Below are positions 51,926-64,000 of a stretch of 64,000 nt of DNA, one piece after another. The position numbers and the translations under genes are program-made. Position 1 is the first letter of the stretch; the number at the start of each line of letters is the position of its first letter. The stretch is from assembly GCA_013239625.1 (NCBI GenBank), contig MU054187.1, positions 7,079,757 through 7,143,756 on the forward strand, read 5' to 3'. The notes beneath the pieces were generated by a model. That model worked only from the letters and a program-made list of their open reading frames with translations, was not told where the DNA came from and ran no database searches. This stretch comes from Lama guanicoe (lineage: Eukaryota).

Positions 51926-54395
51926 AAGGTTGCATCCGTTATTGACAGTTGCCTCTGGTATATAAAAGAATCACAAAATGGAAGGGGAAAAAAAAAAAAC
52001 CCAGGGCAAACATATTACTGTATTCATACCTTCCTCCCCAGCCACTGAGAGCCTTCTGTCCTATCTAAGCAGCCAGAAAGCCTGAGACAGGGGAGATTTA
52101 TGAATAAACGAAACTCTGCCCACGTGGCTGACACCCGGGCTACCCTACCTCAAGCGATAAGGAGACTTACCGTAGCAATCTCGTGCGTTCAGTCATCAAA
52201 GGCTGCAAATCAACATTTGTGTTTGCAGATTTCAGGAAGGCTTTGGCCCTAAATTATCTGAAAAATTATCTTCTCACAGCTCTGTAATTAGGATCAGAAA
52301 CAGTGGCCGGCCACCCCCGGCTTGCTGCTTCATTGGTTATCCTCGTGGTCAGAGCGGCAGCGGAACCTTGCAATTCACAGCAGCTCCAGCCACGTCGCCC
52401 TGTTTAGTCCTGCGCTGTGCCCTTCATTCACCCCGCTCTGCAGACGAGGAAATCATGTTTCTGAGACGTTAAATCTCTGGTGAACACACATTGACTAAGT
52501 GCCTAAAGGGAGAGTCAGACTTCGTATATCAGACCCACACCCATGGATGTTGTCGAGGATGGGATGCAGATTTGGGGATGAAAGCATCTCAGTGACTTAT
52601 TAGAATCCAGTAACTGCCTAGCAGTCAACCCAGCCGAGAACAAGGCAAGGAGGGTGAATCTTAAAGCGGAGCTGGTCCAAAGATACTGTTCCATCCAGCT
52701 GTGTGAAAACAGGTTGTAATGCTGCCCTTGCAGTGGACGATTACTTGTGTGGCTTGCCTTTTAAATTTTTTTCTCATTTGTTTATTTGGCATGGCTTTTT
52801 CCTTCATCAGAAAAAAAAAAAAGGAGAGAAGCTATTTAAAATAGATACTTTACACTTCTTGCTACAGTGGAACAAGCATTTGGATTTAGTGCGTGTTTGT
52901 TGTTAGACCTCAGGCTCCAACTTGGAGAAATTCTATTTCATTTAAGCAGGAGAATGTAACCAGGGGTCTCATATGAGGATGCTGCTGCAGTGGGTGGATG
53001 TTACAGTGCAGTCAGAGGGATGCAAGTGTTTACTGAGCTTAGCTGAATTCAAGCTGGCCATTCCCATGCTGAGTCACTCATATTATCAAGGGGATGGAAA
53101 CACTCAAGCCTGGAACAGCCGATGCACGTGGGCAAAATGTACTGAAAGAACGTGCCAGTGGTTTTCAGATCTTTCTAACTGTTGACACATTAGTGAAATG
53201 CTTGTCAAGATGTGCCCAAAAAATCGCAGTCATCAACATCCTTGAGAAAGAAAATGAACTAACCACGGGCTAGGGCTGACAGGAGGAGCTCCAGGAATGT
53301 GTTAGATGCAGAGGTGTGTTAGCAAGTCTTTCTGGACAGTTTAAGGGATACTGGGGGCGTTTGGAATATGTTATATTTGATTTTCACCTTCTGTGATGAC
53401 TTTAGACCCAGATCTCCCATAAGAGGCAAGTGCATTTTGCCTGTAAGTATCAATTCTTGGAAACCTGCTAGCCACTATTTATGCTACCACGAATCCAAGA
53501 AGAAAGGAAGTGGGGAAGTTGCTCCATTTTTTTCCTAGAAATAAAAATAACATTTTATTCTTCCCCCACCCCCTCCAGCCTCCTACCACTTTCTTTATGT
53601 ATCGGACCCTTTTCTTAGTCAAGGAAGGTATTAATGATCTTATTAGCATATTAAACAATGGCATAGAAAAGGCTGACATTTCCCAAAGCTTTTGGTCAAT
53701 GATTAAAGTAATGAAAGTTGCCAGTTATTCAGGCGAAGCCTATAAATGCCTTAAATGCACTCACTGCCTGAAAGGTCAGGTAAATTAAAGGGTAATGCAG
53801 GGCTGGCCCTGAACAGTCTGCATGTGGTGATCCTGAGTGCTCTTAAAAGTGGCTGAAACCAAGAGGCCTGGTATTAATTCTGGCCAGCTTCCTGGTATTG
53901 ATTAAGAAGTAATGGCAAGTGCTCATTTGTGGGCAAATTAAGAGATAAGTCCTTTCCAGAAGGTCATTTACAAGTCTTCTCTTTAATTAATATTACTGAC
54001 TTGAAGATTTGCAGTGAAATTAGCCCATTAATTATAAAAGTCATCAGTTTGGAGAGAAGGAAAGGATAATTTATTTAATATCAGATCCAGGTTTTCAATA
54101 AATTGCCATTTTTTATGACACTCTCCTAGAAAGTCTGAAGTCTTCAACTATGAATTGAGTGGGTGACCATGGCCCAAGCTCTTATGTTTTGTTGTTGCCG
54201 ATTATAAATGTTATTATATAAACATTTTTTAAAAACTGAAAAATGTATTGACTTATAATGAAGAAAAAAAATCTATCTTTCCCCAATTTCACCACTCATT
54301 GTATTTTAGTATTCCCATTTGTTAAGCTCGGCATATGTACACATTTTGTATGTATGCGTATGCATGAGTACATAGTATATACATAGCTCAGTACT

Positions 54396-55612
54396 TAATT
54401 AAATTTTTTTCTCAGACAATTGTAGATTCAACAGAATTATAAGAATTGATGCAGAGAGAGCTTGTATATCCTTTGCCCAATTGTCTCCAGTGGTAGCGTC
54501 TTGCCAAACTGTTGTCCAGTGTCACAGCCAAGATATTCCCATGGGAACACTCAAGATGTAGACTGTTTCCATCCCCACAGGCTCCCTTATGTTACCCTTT
54601 TATAGACACATACTTTCCTCCCATTGTTAAAGTCTGGAAACCACTAATCTGTTCTCCGTTTCTATAATTTTGTTATTTCAGAATGTTATATAAATGGAAT
54701 CATACAGTATATAGCTTTTAGGGATGAGCCCTTTTGATTCAGCATAATTCTCAAGAGATTCACCCAAGTTGTTACATGCATCGTTGATTCCTTTTTATTG
54801 CCGAGTTTTTATTCCGTGATACGGATGTGCTGGTTTATTTAACCATCCGCACATCTGGGTGGACGTCCAGGGGGTTTCCAGCTCTTGGCTATCACAAGTG
54901 AAACTGCTGTGAACGTTTGTGTGCAGGTTTTTGTGTGAATGTGAAGTTTTCATTTTTCTGGGATAGTTGCCTAGGTGTGTAATTGCTGGATCGTTTGGTA
55001 GTTGCATGTTTAGTTTCATGGAAAACTGCTGAACTGTCTTCTAGAGTGACTGGACCATTTGACTGCCCACTATCAACGTATGAATATCTATTTTCTCCGC
55101 ATATTTGTCAGCATTTGGTGTTGTCACTGTTACATAGTGTAGCCAATCTGATGGGTGCATAGAGAGATCTAAGTGTGGTTTTAATTTGTATTTCCTTAAT
55201 GGCTGATGGTGTTGAATATCTTTTCATGTGTTTATTTGCCATTGGTGAAATGTCTCTCCATGTCTTTTGCCCCATTTTCTAATTGGATTTGTCGGGGGGT
55301 TTTTTAATGTTAAGCTTTGAGATTTCTTTATATATTCTAGATACTGGTCCTTTGTCAGAGATGTGGTTTACAAATGTTTTCTCCCAGTCTGTAGACTGTC
55401 TTGTCATCCTCTTAACAGGCTCTATACTAGAGCAAATGTTTTTAAATTTGATGCGATGCAGCTTATCAACTTTCCTTCTTTATGGGTAATACTTTTGGTT
55501 TCAAGTCTAAGAACTCTTTGCTAGCCCTAGACCCTGAAGATTTTCTTATTTTTCGAATAAGTTTCACAGTTTTATGTTTTATATTTAACCTGGTGGCCCA
55601 TTTTGAGTTCAT
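54396..55612 (-). mobile_element. L1MC-type LINE 3' fragment (about 1.2 kb)
   Basis: 'aaccactaatctgttctccgtttctataattttgttatttcagaatgttatataaatggaatcatacagtat...gtggttttaatttgtatttccttaatggctgatggtgttgaatatcttttcatgtg'. Confidence 0.85.
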
Positions 55613-55996
55613 TAATTTAGCTATAATTTTATTCCTTGTGTAAGACTGAATTAACATCTTCAGAATGAGAGAGCTTTTTTTGTGTGTTAAATCTAGAAAT
55701 TCATGGATGAAGTGAGGCTGGGAGAGAAAAGACGTAATTGGATATTAACTGAGGATAAACTACAGTCCATTTCAACCACTTGAGACGAGGGATCTCAGCT
55801 GCCTCCTCTTCCCAGCAGTCTGCACTTAGCAGTTCTCCAAAGGTCTAGTCCAGAATGCACACACATCACTTTCCTCCTCTCCCTTTGTTGCTACTGCTGA
55901 ACTATTGAGGTCCTCGATCTCCTAAATCCACCTATCTTCCTCTTCTTTCATTCCTCTTGTTATTTCTCTTTCTATTTATGAAGAATATCAGCCTAG

Positions 55997-56095
55997 ACTT
56001 ATGAAAATTGCAAAACACTGTAGAATTTAAAACATCTTTCATTCAATAAAAAATAAATGAAAACAAAATGCTGGGGAAAAAAAAGAAAAGAAAAA
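55997..56095 (+). mobile_element. Short retroposed insertion with AATAAA and A-rich tail, source unidentified
   Basis: Flanked by a 16-bp TSD, aagaatatcagcctag (55981-55996) / aagaatatcaacttag (56096-56111), 14/16 identical. Confidence 0.7.
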
Positions 56096-57499
56096 AAGAA
56101 TATCAACTTAGTGCTAATATTGACCACTGCATTCAAATACTGTCAAATAAGCTAAAACCAAGCAACTGTTCCCTGGAAATGAAATGTGTGCATATAACCA
56201 CTCTGGCCTTTCCTTCTCTAAGGAAATATAAAGAAGTCTGAACTAAAGCACTACCCGTGTATTTGCTTATAACCCAGACAGCTCTAACATAGCTGTTTGG
56301 ATGTGGAAGCAGATCATAATCTCTAAGAATGCGATTTAGGGAAGCAGGCGCTGAACCAGGATCAAACGGCTCAAGGGAAGATGGAAAGATGTCAGATGGA
56401 GCACATCCTGCAGAAGAGAAACAGGGCAAATTCATGGATCTGGGGTCTCAGGATTTGTAAACACATTTCTTCTTTCCTCTCTTTCCTTATCGGCCTTGTA
56501 ATTGTCATTTATCAAGGTGCTCTGGGGCCAATGGACATGTCTCAGAGTCAATATTTCTTTTCTGAAGCGGAAAATATATGACAGAATGATGAAAATGTAG
56601 GAAACTTTGGTTGACCATAAGCCATGCAAAGCGTCCAAAGGCTCCAGAAGAGAAGAAAAGAAAAAGAAAAAAGGTGTCTCTCTGGAGACAGACGGAAACG
56701 AAGGGAACGTCCAGTATCTGAGACCATTGGCTTTAGGAAAGGAAAATCTCCATGTTTCTGTCTGGATAATAGCAATGGGATGTTTCTCAAAACCACCCGC
56801 AATGAGGTCATAAGGGGCCCCTCTGTCACAGGCCTGGCAGACGATTCAGGACGTGCTTGTTCTCCTGTGAGATCAGCGATGCCAGAAAAAAATGCCAGAA
56901 ACTTACGCTGATGATCAACAGGTGCAAAGGACAGGGTACTAATCTGAGGAACAGTAGTCACAATAGTCATAACAAAAGTGTTCTGGAGTACAAATAGTGG
57001 ATGGAAAATTTTTTAATAACGTTACTGATAGGTGCTTCTAGATATTGTCATGTAAGTGCCAAGGGATATTACGATTACAAAAAAAATCATACATTTGTAT
57101 AGACATTGTTTAAGTACCTAGAAATGTTAACCAATCAACACAGCCATTTATAAAGTTTATGGCTATGTCTAACTTTTGTATTTGTATGATTTCTCCTACC
57201 GTCAATACTGTATGCAGAAAATGTCCAGCAAAGCATATATTTATATTAAAATAACAACACTAATTATGGTCTGAACAACTGATCTATAGCACGACTTTGG
57301 TGTGATATTTCAGAGCATAATATTCTCAGCTTGACTTAATCCTTCACATCTCATTCTTCCACCCATCCATCCACCCATTCATTCATCAGTACCCATGATA
57401 TGCTGGACCTTGTCTTAGAGACATGAAGCTGGGATGGAGGTCTAGAAGTGGTAGGCGGTTCTAATAAGAGCTTTGATTAATTAGTTCCTACTGGTTCCC

Positions 57500-58960
57500 A
57501 GCAAATACTATCTCATTTAATTCTCACAAGAGTCCAAGGGGTAAATACCATGATTCACATTTAACAGATCAAGAAACTAGAGTTTGCTTGAGGTCCTAGG
57601 GCTGATATAATGGTGGAATCTGGACTCCCCTTCCGATTTTTCTGACTCAAAGCTAATTAAGTGCTGTGCTACAGTGAGTTATGTGACACCGATCACTAGA
57701 TTTCTGCTCCATTTGAGTCCTGCCTCCCCCGCTTACCAACTCTGTGACTCAGGCAGATCGCTTCACATCACACCTCAACTTCCTCGTCTGAAAAAAGGGC
57801 GCAGGAATAGTGGAATAGTTCCTGCCTAACAGGTTGTGATAAGTCTGGCAGTTACTCTGACAGAGAAATAAACAAAGCATGAGAATTGCAGGAGAAGGAG
57901 CACTTCGGTTTGCCTAAGGAATGGAGAAGAAAAGGTGACATGTGACAGGACAGTTGAAGGGTGAGAAAGAATTGGAATTTGCCTGGTCCCCCCCCGTTCT
58001 CTTATGGGTCTTTTGAGCCATGACCACTATTTTATCAGCATTATGTATCCACTCACAGCAAAGACAAATCACAGGTATTGAACATTTATTACATAAATGT
58101 CAGACATTGTTACAAACATTTTGCATGTGTTAATGTGACATAATCCAGACAGCAACCCTGTGATGAGGAAACCGAGGCACTGAGAGTTTAAATAATTTGC
58201 ACAAGGACCACAGCTTATGAATCCTGTACTTGCGAGATGCTTACTTTGGGGGAAGGCTCAATTTCTAGCTCACTAGCCCTTGAGATATTTCTGTGCTCAT
58301 TAGCTCTCACCCCCACCCTCCCCATTGGGGTATAGGCACCAGCTAGAGTTTCTTACCTCCCAGCACAGTAAGTAGAAGGGACAGGGACACGTGGTGATTC
58401 TATTAGTACGTCTCAGACAAGCCCTCCAGAGCCACTCAACCTCCATTGATTTCCTTGGAGAAAAGCCACATTTAAGCGGAAATGTAGAAATGGATTTCTT
58501 TGTCCCTGATAGAAATGCATATTTTATGCCAGGCTCAATAAATCCCACAAATGGGGAAGGTGAGTTCAGATCAAATGGAGATTTCAGGGACTGTTCTTAG
58601 AGCAAACACGTCAAGTGGCCTTTGAGGTGCAAACACTGAGAAAGCCTCAGGAGCACGAAGTCATGGTGGAAAGTCGTATGTCCTGCCTGGACGTAGCTGA
58701 TGGTACTCCCATCTACCGCCAGCCTCTGCAGGCGTCCCCAGGAGGCCCGTGCGACACAGTGAGTGGGGCATCAGGTCTAAAGCCGGGGCTCTGTGGACGC
58801 ACACCAGAGGTTGGCCTCTCCCCTCCACCTGCCAGCTCTCTGGCAGGTTACCTCGCTGGACCTCAGAGTTCCCATCTACAAAATGCACGTAATGACAGCT
58901 GGTTCCTCGCAGGGTGAACCAAGAGTTAAATGAGATGGAAGGTGCTGAAAGGAGTATCCA
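57500..58960. mobile_element. Cluster of MIR fragments in alternating orientation (about 57500-57660 -, 57690-57850 +, 58070-58240 -, 58760-58960 +)
   Basis: MIR core pieces 'gatgaggaaaccgaggcac...taatttgcacaaggaccacagct', 'cctcaacttcctcgtctgaaaaa', 'cctcagagttcccatctacaaaatg'. Confidence 0.55.
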
Positions 58961-59242
58961 CCACACATGCAGTGGATCAGTGAGAAAAACAGTGCACTTT
59001 GGCTGAAAGCATTTTTCCGTAAGTACTAACTTCAGACAGTAAGTCGTCTACCCTTGCCTCTGTGTTGCCAAATTAACAATTAACTCTGTTCCACGTGTTA
59101 GCAAACTACAGAGGAATAGTTAGCAAGTTTTTGAAGGATGGCCAACTGAATGCTTTATCCATGCCATGGTTCAAAGGAGGGATGTGCTGGTGGCCAGAAC
59201 TAGGAAGGAGCCAAGGAAGGAGGTTATCCTCCTCAAAAACCA

Positions 59243-59600
59243 GGAATCTAAAAAAAAAAAAAGGGAGGGTGATAAAAATATTATTTACAAGCCAAAAATA
59301 GACTCACAGACAGAGAAAATGAACTATGGTTACCAAAAGGGAAAGGGCGAGGGGAGGGATAAATTAGGAGTTTGGGATTAGCAGATAAAACACTATATAT
59401 AAAATAGATAAACAACAAAGGCTTACTGTAGAGCACCAGGAACTATATTCAGTTTCTTGTAATAACATATAATGGAAAAGAATCCGAAAATATGTACACA
59501 TGTGTGTATATGTATAACTGAATTGCTTTGCTGTACACCTGAAACTAACATCATAAATCAACTACACGTCAATAAAAAATAAAATAAAATAAAATAAAAA
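59243..59600 (+). mobile_element. 5'-truncated L1 (3' UTR and A-rich tail)
   Basis: 'agactcacagac...gggagggataaattaggagtttgggattagcagata...gctgtacacctgaaactaaca...caataaaaaataaaataaaat'; possible TSD aaaaaccag/aaaaagcag. Confidence 0.88.
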
Positions 59601-61834
59601 GCAGTGCCCATGGGCAGCTGTGAGAGATACTGGACGGAATATACAATCACGAATGAGAGGGTCTGCATTCAAGTTGTGGCTCTGTCTTTTAGCAGCAGTA
59701 TGACTCTGAGCCAATCACTCTCTCTAAAATCTAGCTTCTGTGTTTGAGAAATACAGATACAGCAGCTCAGAGAATTAAATCTGCCTCAGGTGTATTTGTG
59801 AGCAATAGTGTACTGTGCAAGTGCCAACTATTGTTACTCCAGTGCGTCAGTGATTAAAATGCCCGTGTCCTAGGAGAGTGGGGTTGGTCAGCAGCTGTGG
59901 GGAGGTGACTGTGAGTTACTGTGAGAGCGATCGGGCTGCCTTCCCCTTAGACGTGGCTGGGACAGGGGATGCTGGATGATGAGAAGCTATGCTGCGCTGT
60001 GGGAAGGGTGATGAGAGGAGTGTGTTTCTTGAAGCCTGGAGAACTCAGGAGCTGGGATGGGAAGAGGACCAGAGAGAGAGTGTAGAGTTTGGCTGGTTTC
60101 ACGTGCTTTGAAGTGAAGCTGATGCCGGCCCTGGTACCACAGCTGGTCAAGATGACGACGTGGTAGTGACTGCAGTCATTTTAACCACTAGCCTTTTCAC
60201 AACACTTGTCACGTTTAAAAAGCTCCTTGGCCTGTGAAAAAGTCACCACTCTGGTAAAAATAGAGGATGGGGAAGGATGTATCTCTTGTCATCTTTAGGA
60301 TGCTGGTTTTGTGGAGATTTGAAGGAAAGACCCATTTTCTGGGAGGTGGCAGGGCCCGGAGGACTGAAAGTGGACTTTGGAAGCAGAAAGGTCATTCCAG
60401 TTTCCACCCTGAGTAGCCACATGCACTCAGAAAAACCCCTGAATCCCAAAGGGACATGGGTTCCTCCTCCCGGAGAAGAAAAGGGCCCACTTCCCAGGCC
60501 ATGAAATGGTGAAATAAGATCTTGAGAACGAAGTCCCTCCACGCTCAACACGCAGGATCCATAGTGACCACAGCTTCACGTGTCTGTTAAGGCATCCTGC
60601 CCTCTGAAACCCCGAGGGCTCCCAGTAAACACGGTTACCGTGCCTGCATTGTGAGCGAGAGCATCGTTCTACTTCGCAGGTGGGGCTGCTGAAGGTCGCA
60701 AAGGTCAAAGGACTTGACGGAGACTAGAAAGCTGTCTCACACCTCAACTCTGGGGAACAGCTCACGAGTCTCAGGGCCTGGAGAGGAGGCTGGGGCTGAA
60801 TCCAAGCTGGTGTCAGTGAGAGGCTGGCATGTCTCACCTCGGCGCAGAGTGAGGTGCCCTTCCGTGTTGCTGCACGACAAAACCCATCACTGATGTGCTT
60901 CTGTTTTCCCCACTGGGCTTGTGCGTGGCTTGCATAGCAAATCGTGCATATTTTGTCATCCCCAGTACTTGAACATAGGATGCTTTTGAATAAATTATCC
61001 CATTACCTAACCAATTTCATCATGACCAGCTTGTTTTGTTTTCATTTCCAATCTAAATATTTCATTTTCGGATTGTAGAATGTTGCTTCTTATTAGGCAA
61101 TGCTCAGTCATTTAAAGTCATTCTTCCAGCCTGTTCTGTCGTCCTCTTCCAAATATTAATAAGTAGTCATCCTTTCCTGTCTGTGTTGTTCACCTCTAAT
61201 CTTTACATGTGCTCTGTTCTTAATGCTTTTGCCGAGGTCATGCTTTCAACCACTGTTAGCACTTTAATTTGTGTTCCAGTTATTAAGAAGTTTTTATGGT
61301 TTTCTCATGCATAAGTCATGGTTTTAGGTGACTTCCTAGTCAGGCCGAAAAAAAAGAGGAAGGTATATCTATGTTATCTCTCAACTTCTATGAGGTCGGG
61401 GCCTGCCGTTTTGGTTTTCCTTTAACATTTTATTCCAAACACCCAGCAGAGGACTTGGAATGTAATGGTCCTTGATACTATTTGTTCAATGATTATTGAA
61501 TGTATGCCTTAAATTCATTTTCCTTGTACTAAAACAAACATTCATTCATCTCTCAAAAATGCCTGTTTGAAAACATTTTCTCCCTCCAGCACATTTGTGT
61601 AGAACCTCATGTATGTAAGACACTGGCTCAGAGGCTGGAAGCACAGAGAGAACAAGGCTTGCCTGGTCCTGACGGGAAGATGCAGAGGAAACCGTCAACC
61701 CTCGAAACGTTGGCTAGTCACCTGGGCAATGGGACTGGTCTGCTGGGTCCTGTCCTAACTCACACATACGAATGCATTCCATCCTCACCGCTATCCTTTG
61801 CTTATATTTGCTCACTTAATTTGCTCCAACCTTA

Positions 61835-62095
61835 GGTGGCTAGTTAGCATCTCTGAGGCTCAGTTTCTCCAGCTGTCAAATGAAATTTCTCTTATTGAAT
61901 AAATATGTTTACAGCCCTACTGTGTGCCGGACACTGCTGTAAGTGGTAGAGATATAGCAGCAAACAGAATGGAAAAACAACCTCGTCCTCATGATAATAG
62001 CACCTACCTCCTAAGATTGCTCGGAGTAGAGAGATGACACCAGTAGAATCATCTGGAACAATCCTGATGCATAGTAGGCACTCAATAAATATTAG
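61835..62095 (+). mobile_element. MIR interrupted by an antisense L2 3' fragment (about 61887-61993)
   Basis: MIR 'ctctgaggctcagtttctccagctgtcaaatg' resumes as 'ataatagcacctacctc...catagtaggcactcaataaatattag' after an L2 piece 'cctactgtgtgccggacactg...gatatagcagcaaaca'. Confidence 0.6.
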
Positions 62096-62984
62096 ACATC
62101 CTTATTTTGCAACAACATACATAGATTAAGGAGTTAATATATGTTTTCCATTGATTAGGAAGGAGGGACTTGAGGGAGAACAAATGGTTCAATATCAGTT
62201 CATTATCACTCAGGAAAAAAAATTCCAAGCATTGGACGATGATGGAATTTGGGAGAAACATGTTCTTTTAGATGGGAAAAATGCTAATTAATGTATTTCA
62301 AATTCACTCCTTTTCATTAGACATATGAGTTTATGAGGTTTACGTTTGGATCTGAACCCAAGAGTTGGATTCATTTTGGATTCTTTAAAGGTGCATACTA
62401 GTAACTCTAATGTAATTGCATTAGATAATTGTTTAAGCAAGAGGTAGAGTCTGAACTGTAAAAACATACTGTAGGATGACCTTTCTTCCATCTGAATATA
62501 AATGATGTTCTGCAGGAAAATGAGGGGTAAGCCATTCAGCAGACAATTCTAATGGGATTTCACCTAATTAGTGTTGGAGAGCTGGGACTCTTCATTAAAA
62601 GTAGCACTTCATAATCAGATAATAATGAAGCTTTAGTTCTCGAAGGCTGATGGACCATCTGCCCCTAGAAAAAGTATTTCTTAGATTTTCCAAATATATT
62701 CAGCAAGTCACCAACCCCGAGATGAGACGTGTGCAGAACGTGGGACCTCCTCCGTCGCGGCACCTCCGTCTCCGATACGTCACTCAAGTCACAAGCCTGA
62801 CCCTCATCCCCACCCAGCTCTGCAGGGGACAATGCTTCTTATTTCAAAGTGGAAACAGAGACAGTCAGTTGTGACTTGCCTCAGCTTACCTTCTCTTTCT
62901 CTGTAATCACTTTTTCTCTCTGACTCAGAGAAAGAGACGCACTTCCACCTGGCACCTGCTTCCTCTAGAAATTGCATCTTTCCT

Positions 62985-63990
62985 TCAAATGTTGTTATTC
63001 TCTCTGCACTGCTGGATTTTTCTTTTTATCATATAAACAAGCCTCAAGCCTTGTCTCCCACATTAAGAGAAAGGCACCTTTCTTTTACATCTAACCTTGT
63101 ATCTCTCTTTTCACAGCCAAGTTTCTAGAAGGACAAATCCATTTTCAGTCTCTACTTCAAACCTCCCACTTTCTCCCCAGAAGGAGGGGCCCTCACATTT
63201 CCAATGGCGTCACTCTCCCAGTGGTCATTAATGACCACTCCTTGCCAATTCAAGTCAGTTCCTGTTGGTCCCCTTTTGCTAGAATTTTCTGAAGCACTGG
63301 ACGCTTTTGACCACTCTCTCCAACTTCCTCTAAAATCCGTGTCCCTAGAGGGACATCGCTCCTGACCTCCACACGGGTGCCTCTGAATGTGTCTGGGCGT
63401 TTTGTCCTCCGCGCTGCTCTGTGATGTCCTGACCTTGCGTTCCCCTACCCTACCCTGCTCCTTCTCCCATAGCCTGTGCCGTGGTGAGGGAGGCCACCCT
63501 TCACCCAAACCTACTCCCAAAACACGAAAAACGGCTCTATACCCTCCCCATTCTCTCCTGCCCACAGCGTCCTGGTACCAGAATAATATTCCTAAAATGA
63601 AAACTTGGTCATGTCACTCCTATATTTGTGACCCCTCAGTAGTTGCTCACAGCTTTCAGAAGAAAGGCCAAAATACTTAACAAGATGCTCAGAGTCCCTC
63701 ACGAACTAGCCTTGGCCAGATTTTTCACTTTCTTCTCTTCACTGTCCCCCACAGGTGGCTTTCATTCCATCTGTTCCCAGCTTGTTTTTGTTCTCAGAGA
63801 CTTCTCTGCACTCACGTGTCTAGAACCCCCTCTGTTGCCTCGCTAACCCCTTACCCTCAAAATCCAGCCCCAGCACCACCTCCCCTGAAAACCTTCCTGC
63901 CAAAACTCTCTCCCCTCCTGTGAGCTCCCAGGGCCCTTGTCCCTTCTGCTGTCTTAACACCTGTGCCTTAAACACTCATGGTTGGTTTGG
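62985..63990 (+). mobile_element. L2 LINE fragment
   Basis: 'ttttcacagccaagtttctagaa...aatgaccactccttgccaattc...tggtcatgtcactcc...caccacctcccctgaaaaccttcctg'. Confidence 0.6.
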
Positions 63991-64000
63991 AAGTCTCTGT

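Noticed and set aside
52671..52690. Y RNA-like 5' sequence 'gctggtccaaagatactg'
   Set aside because: Similarity stops after about 18 nt, with no complementary 3' stem or tail

Overview
Mammalian nuclear DNA, very probably camelid (tRNA-Ala-like vic-1-type SINE, cetartiodactyl-type L1 3' ends). The window lies inside NKAIN3 (+ strand). Two coding exons were found by hand translation and are missing from the ORF track: 25564-25701 and 36071-36151, both with canonical AG/GT ends and phase 0. The rest is intron, filled with L1, L2, MIR, LTRs (MER21, MER41-like, MLT1) and DNA-transposon MITEs. A young 5'-truncated sense L1 with a perfect 14-bp TSD sits in intron 2. The main unexplained features are: (1) a very acidic, gene-like 88-codon ORF at 3039-3305, bracketed by a 10-bp direct repeat and splice-like signals; (2) a bipartite 14+13-bp motif present twice, 33 kb apart; (3) telomere-like repeats replacing the 3' end of an L1; (4) an inverted MER41-like LTR arrangement retaining a GAS site; (5) a short TSD-flanked retroposed insert of unknown origin. 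Repeat family names and old-repeat boundaries come from recalled consensus sequences and are approximate. Nearly all other ORF-track ORFs look spurious.
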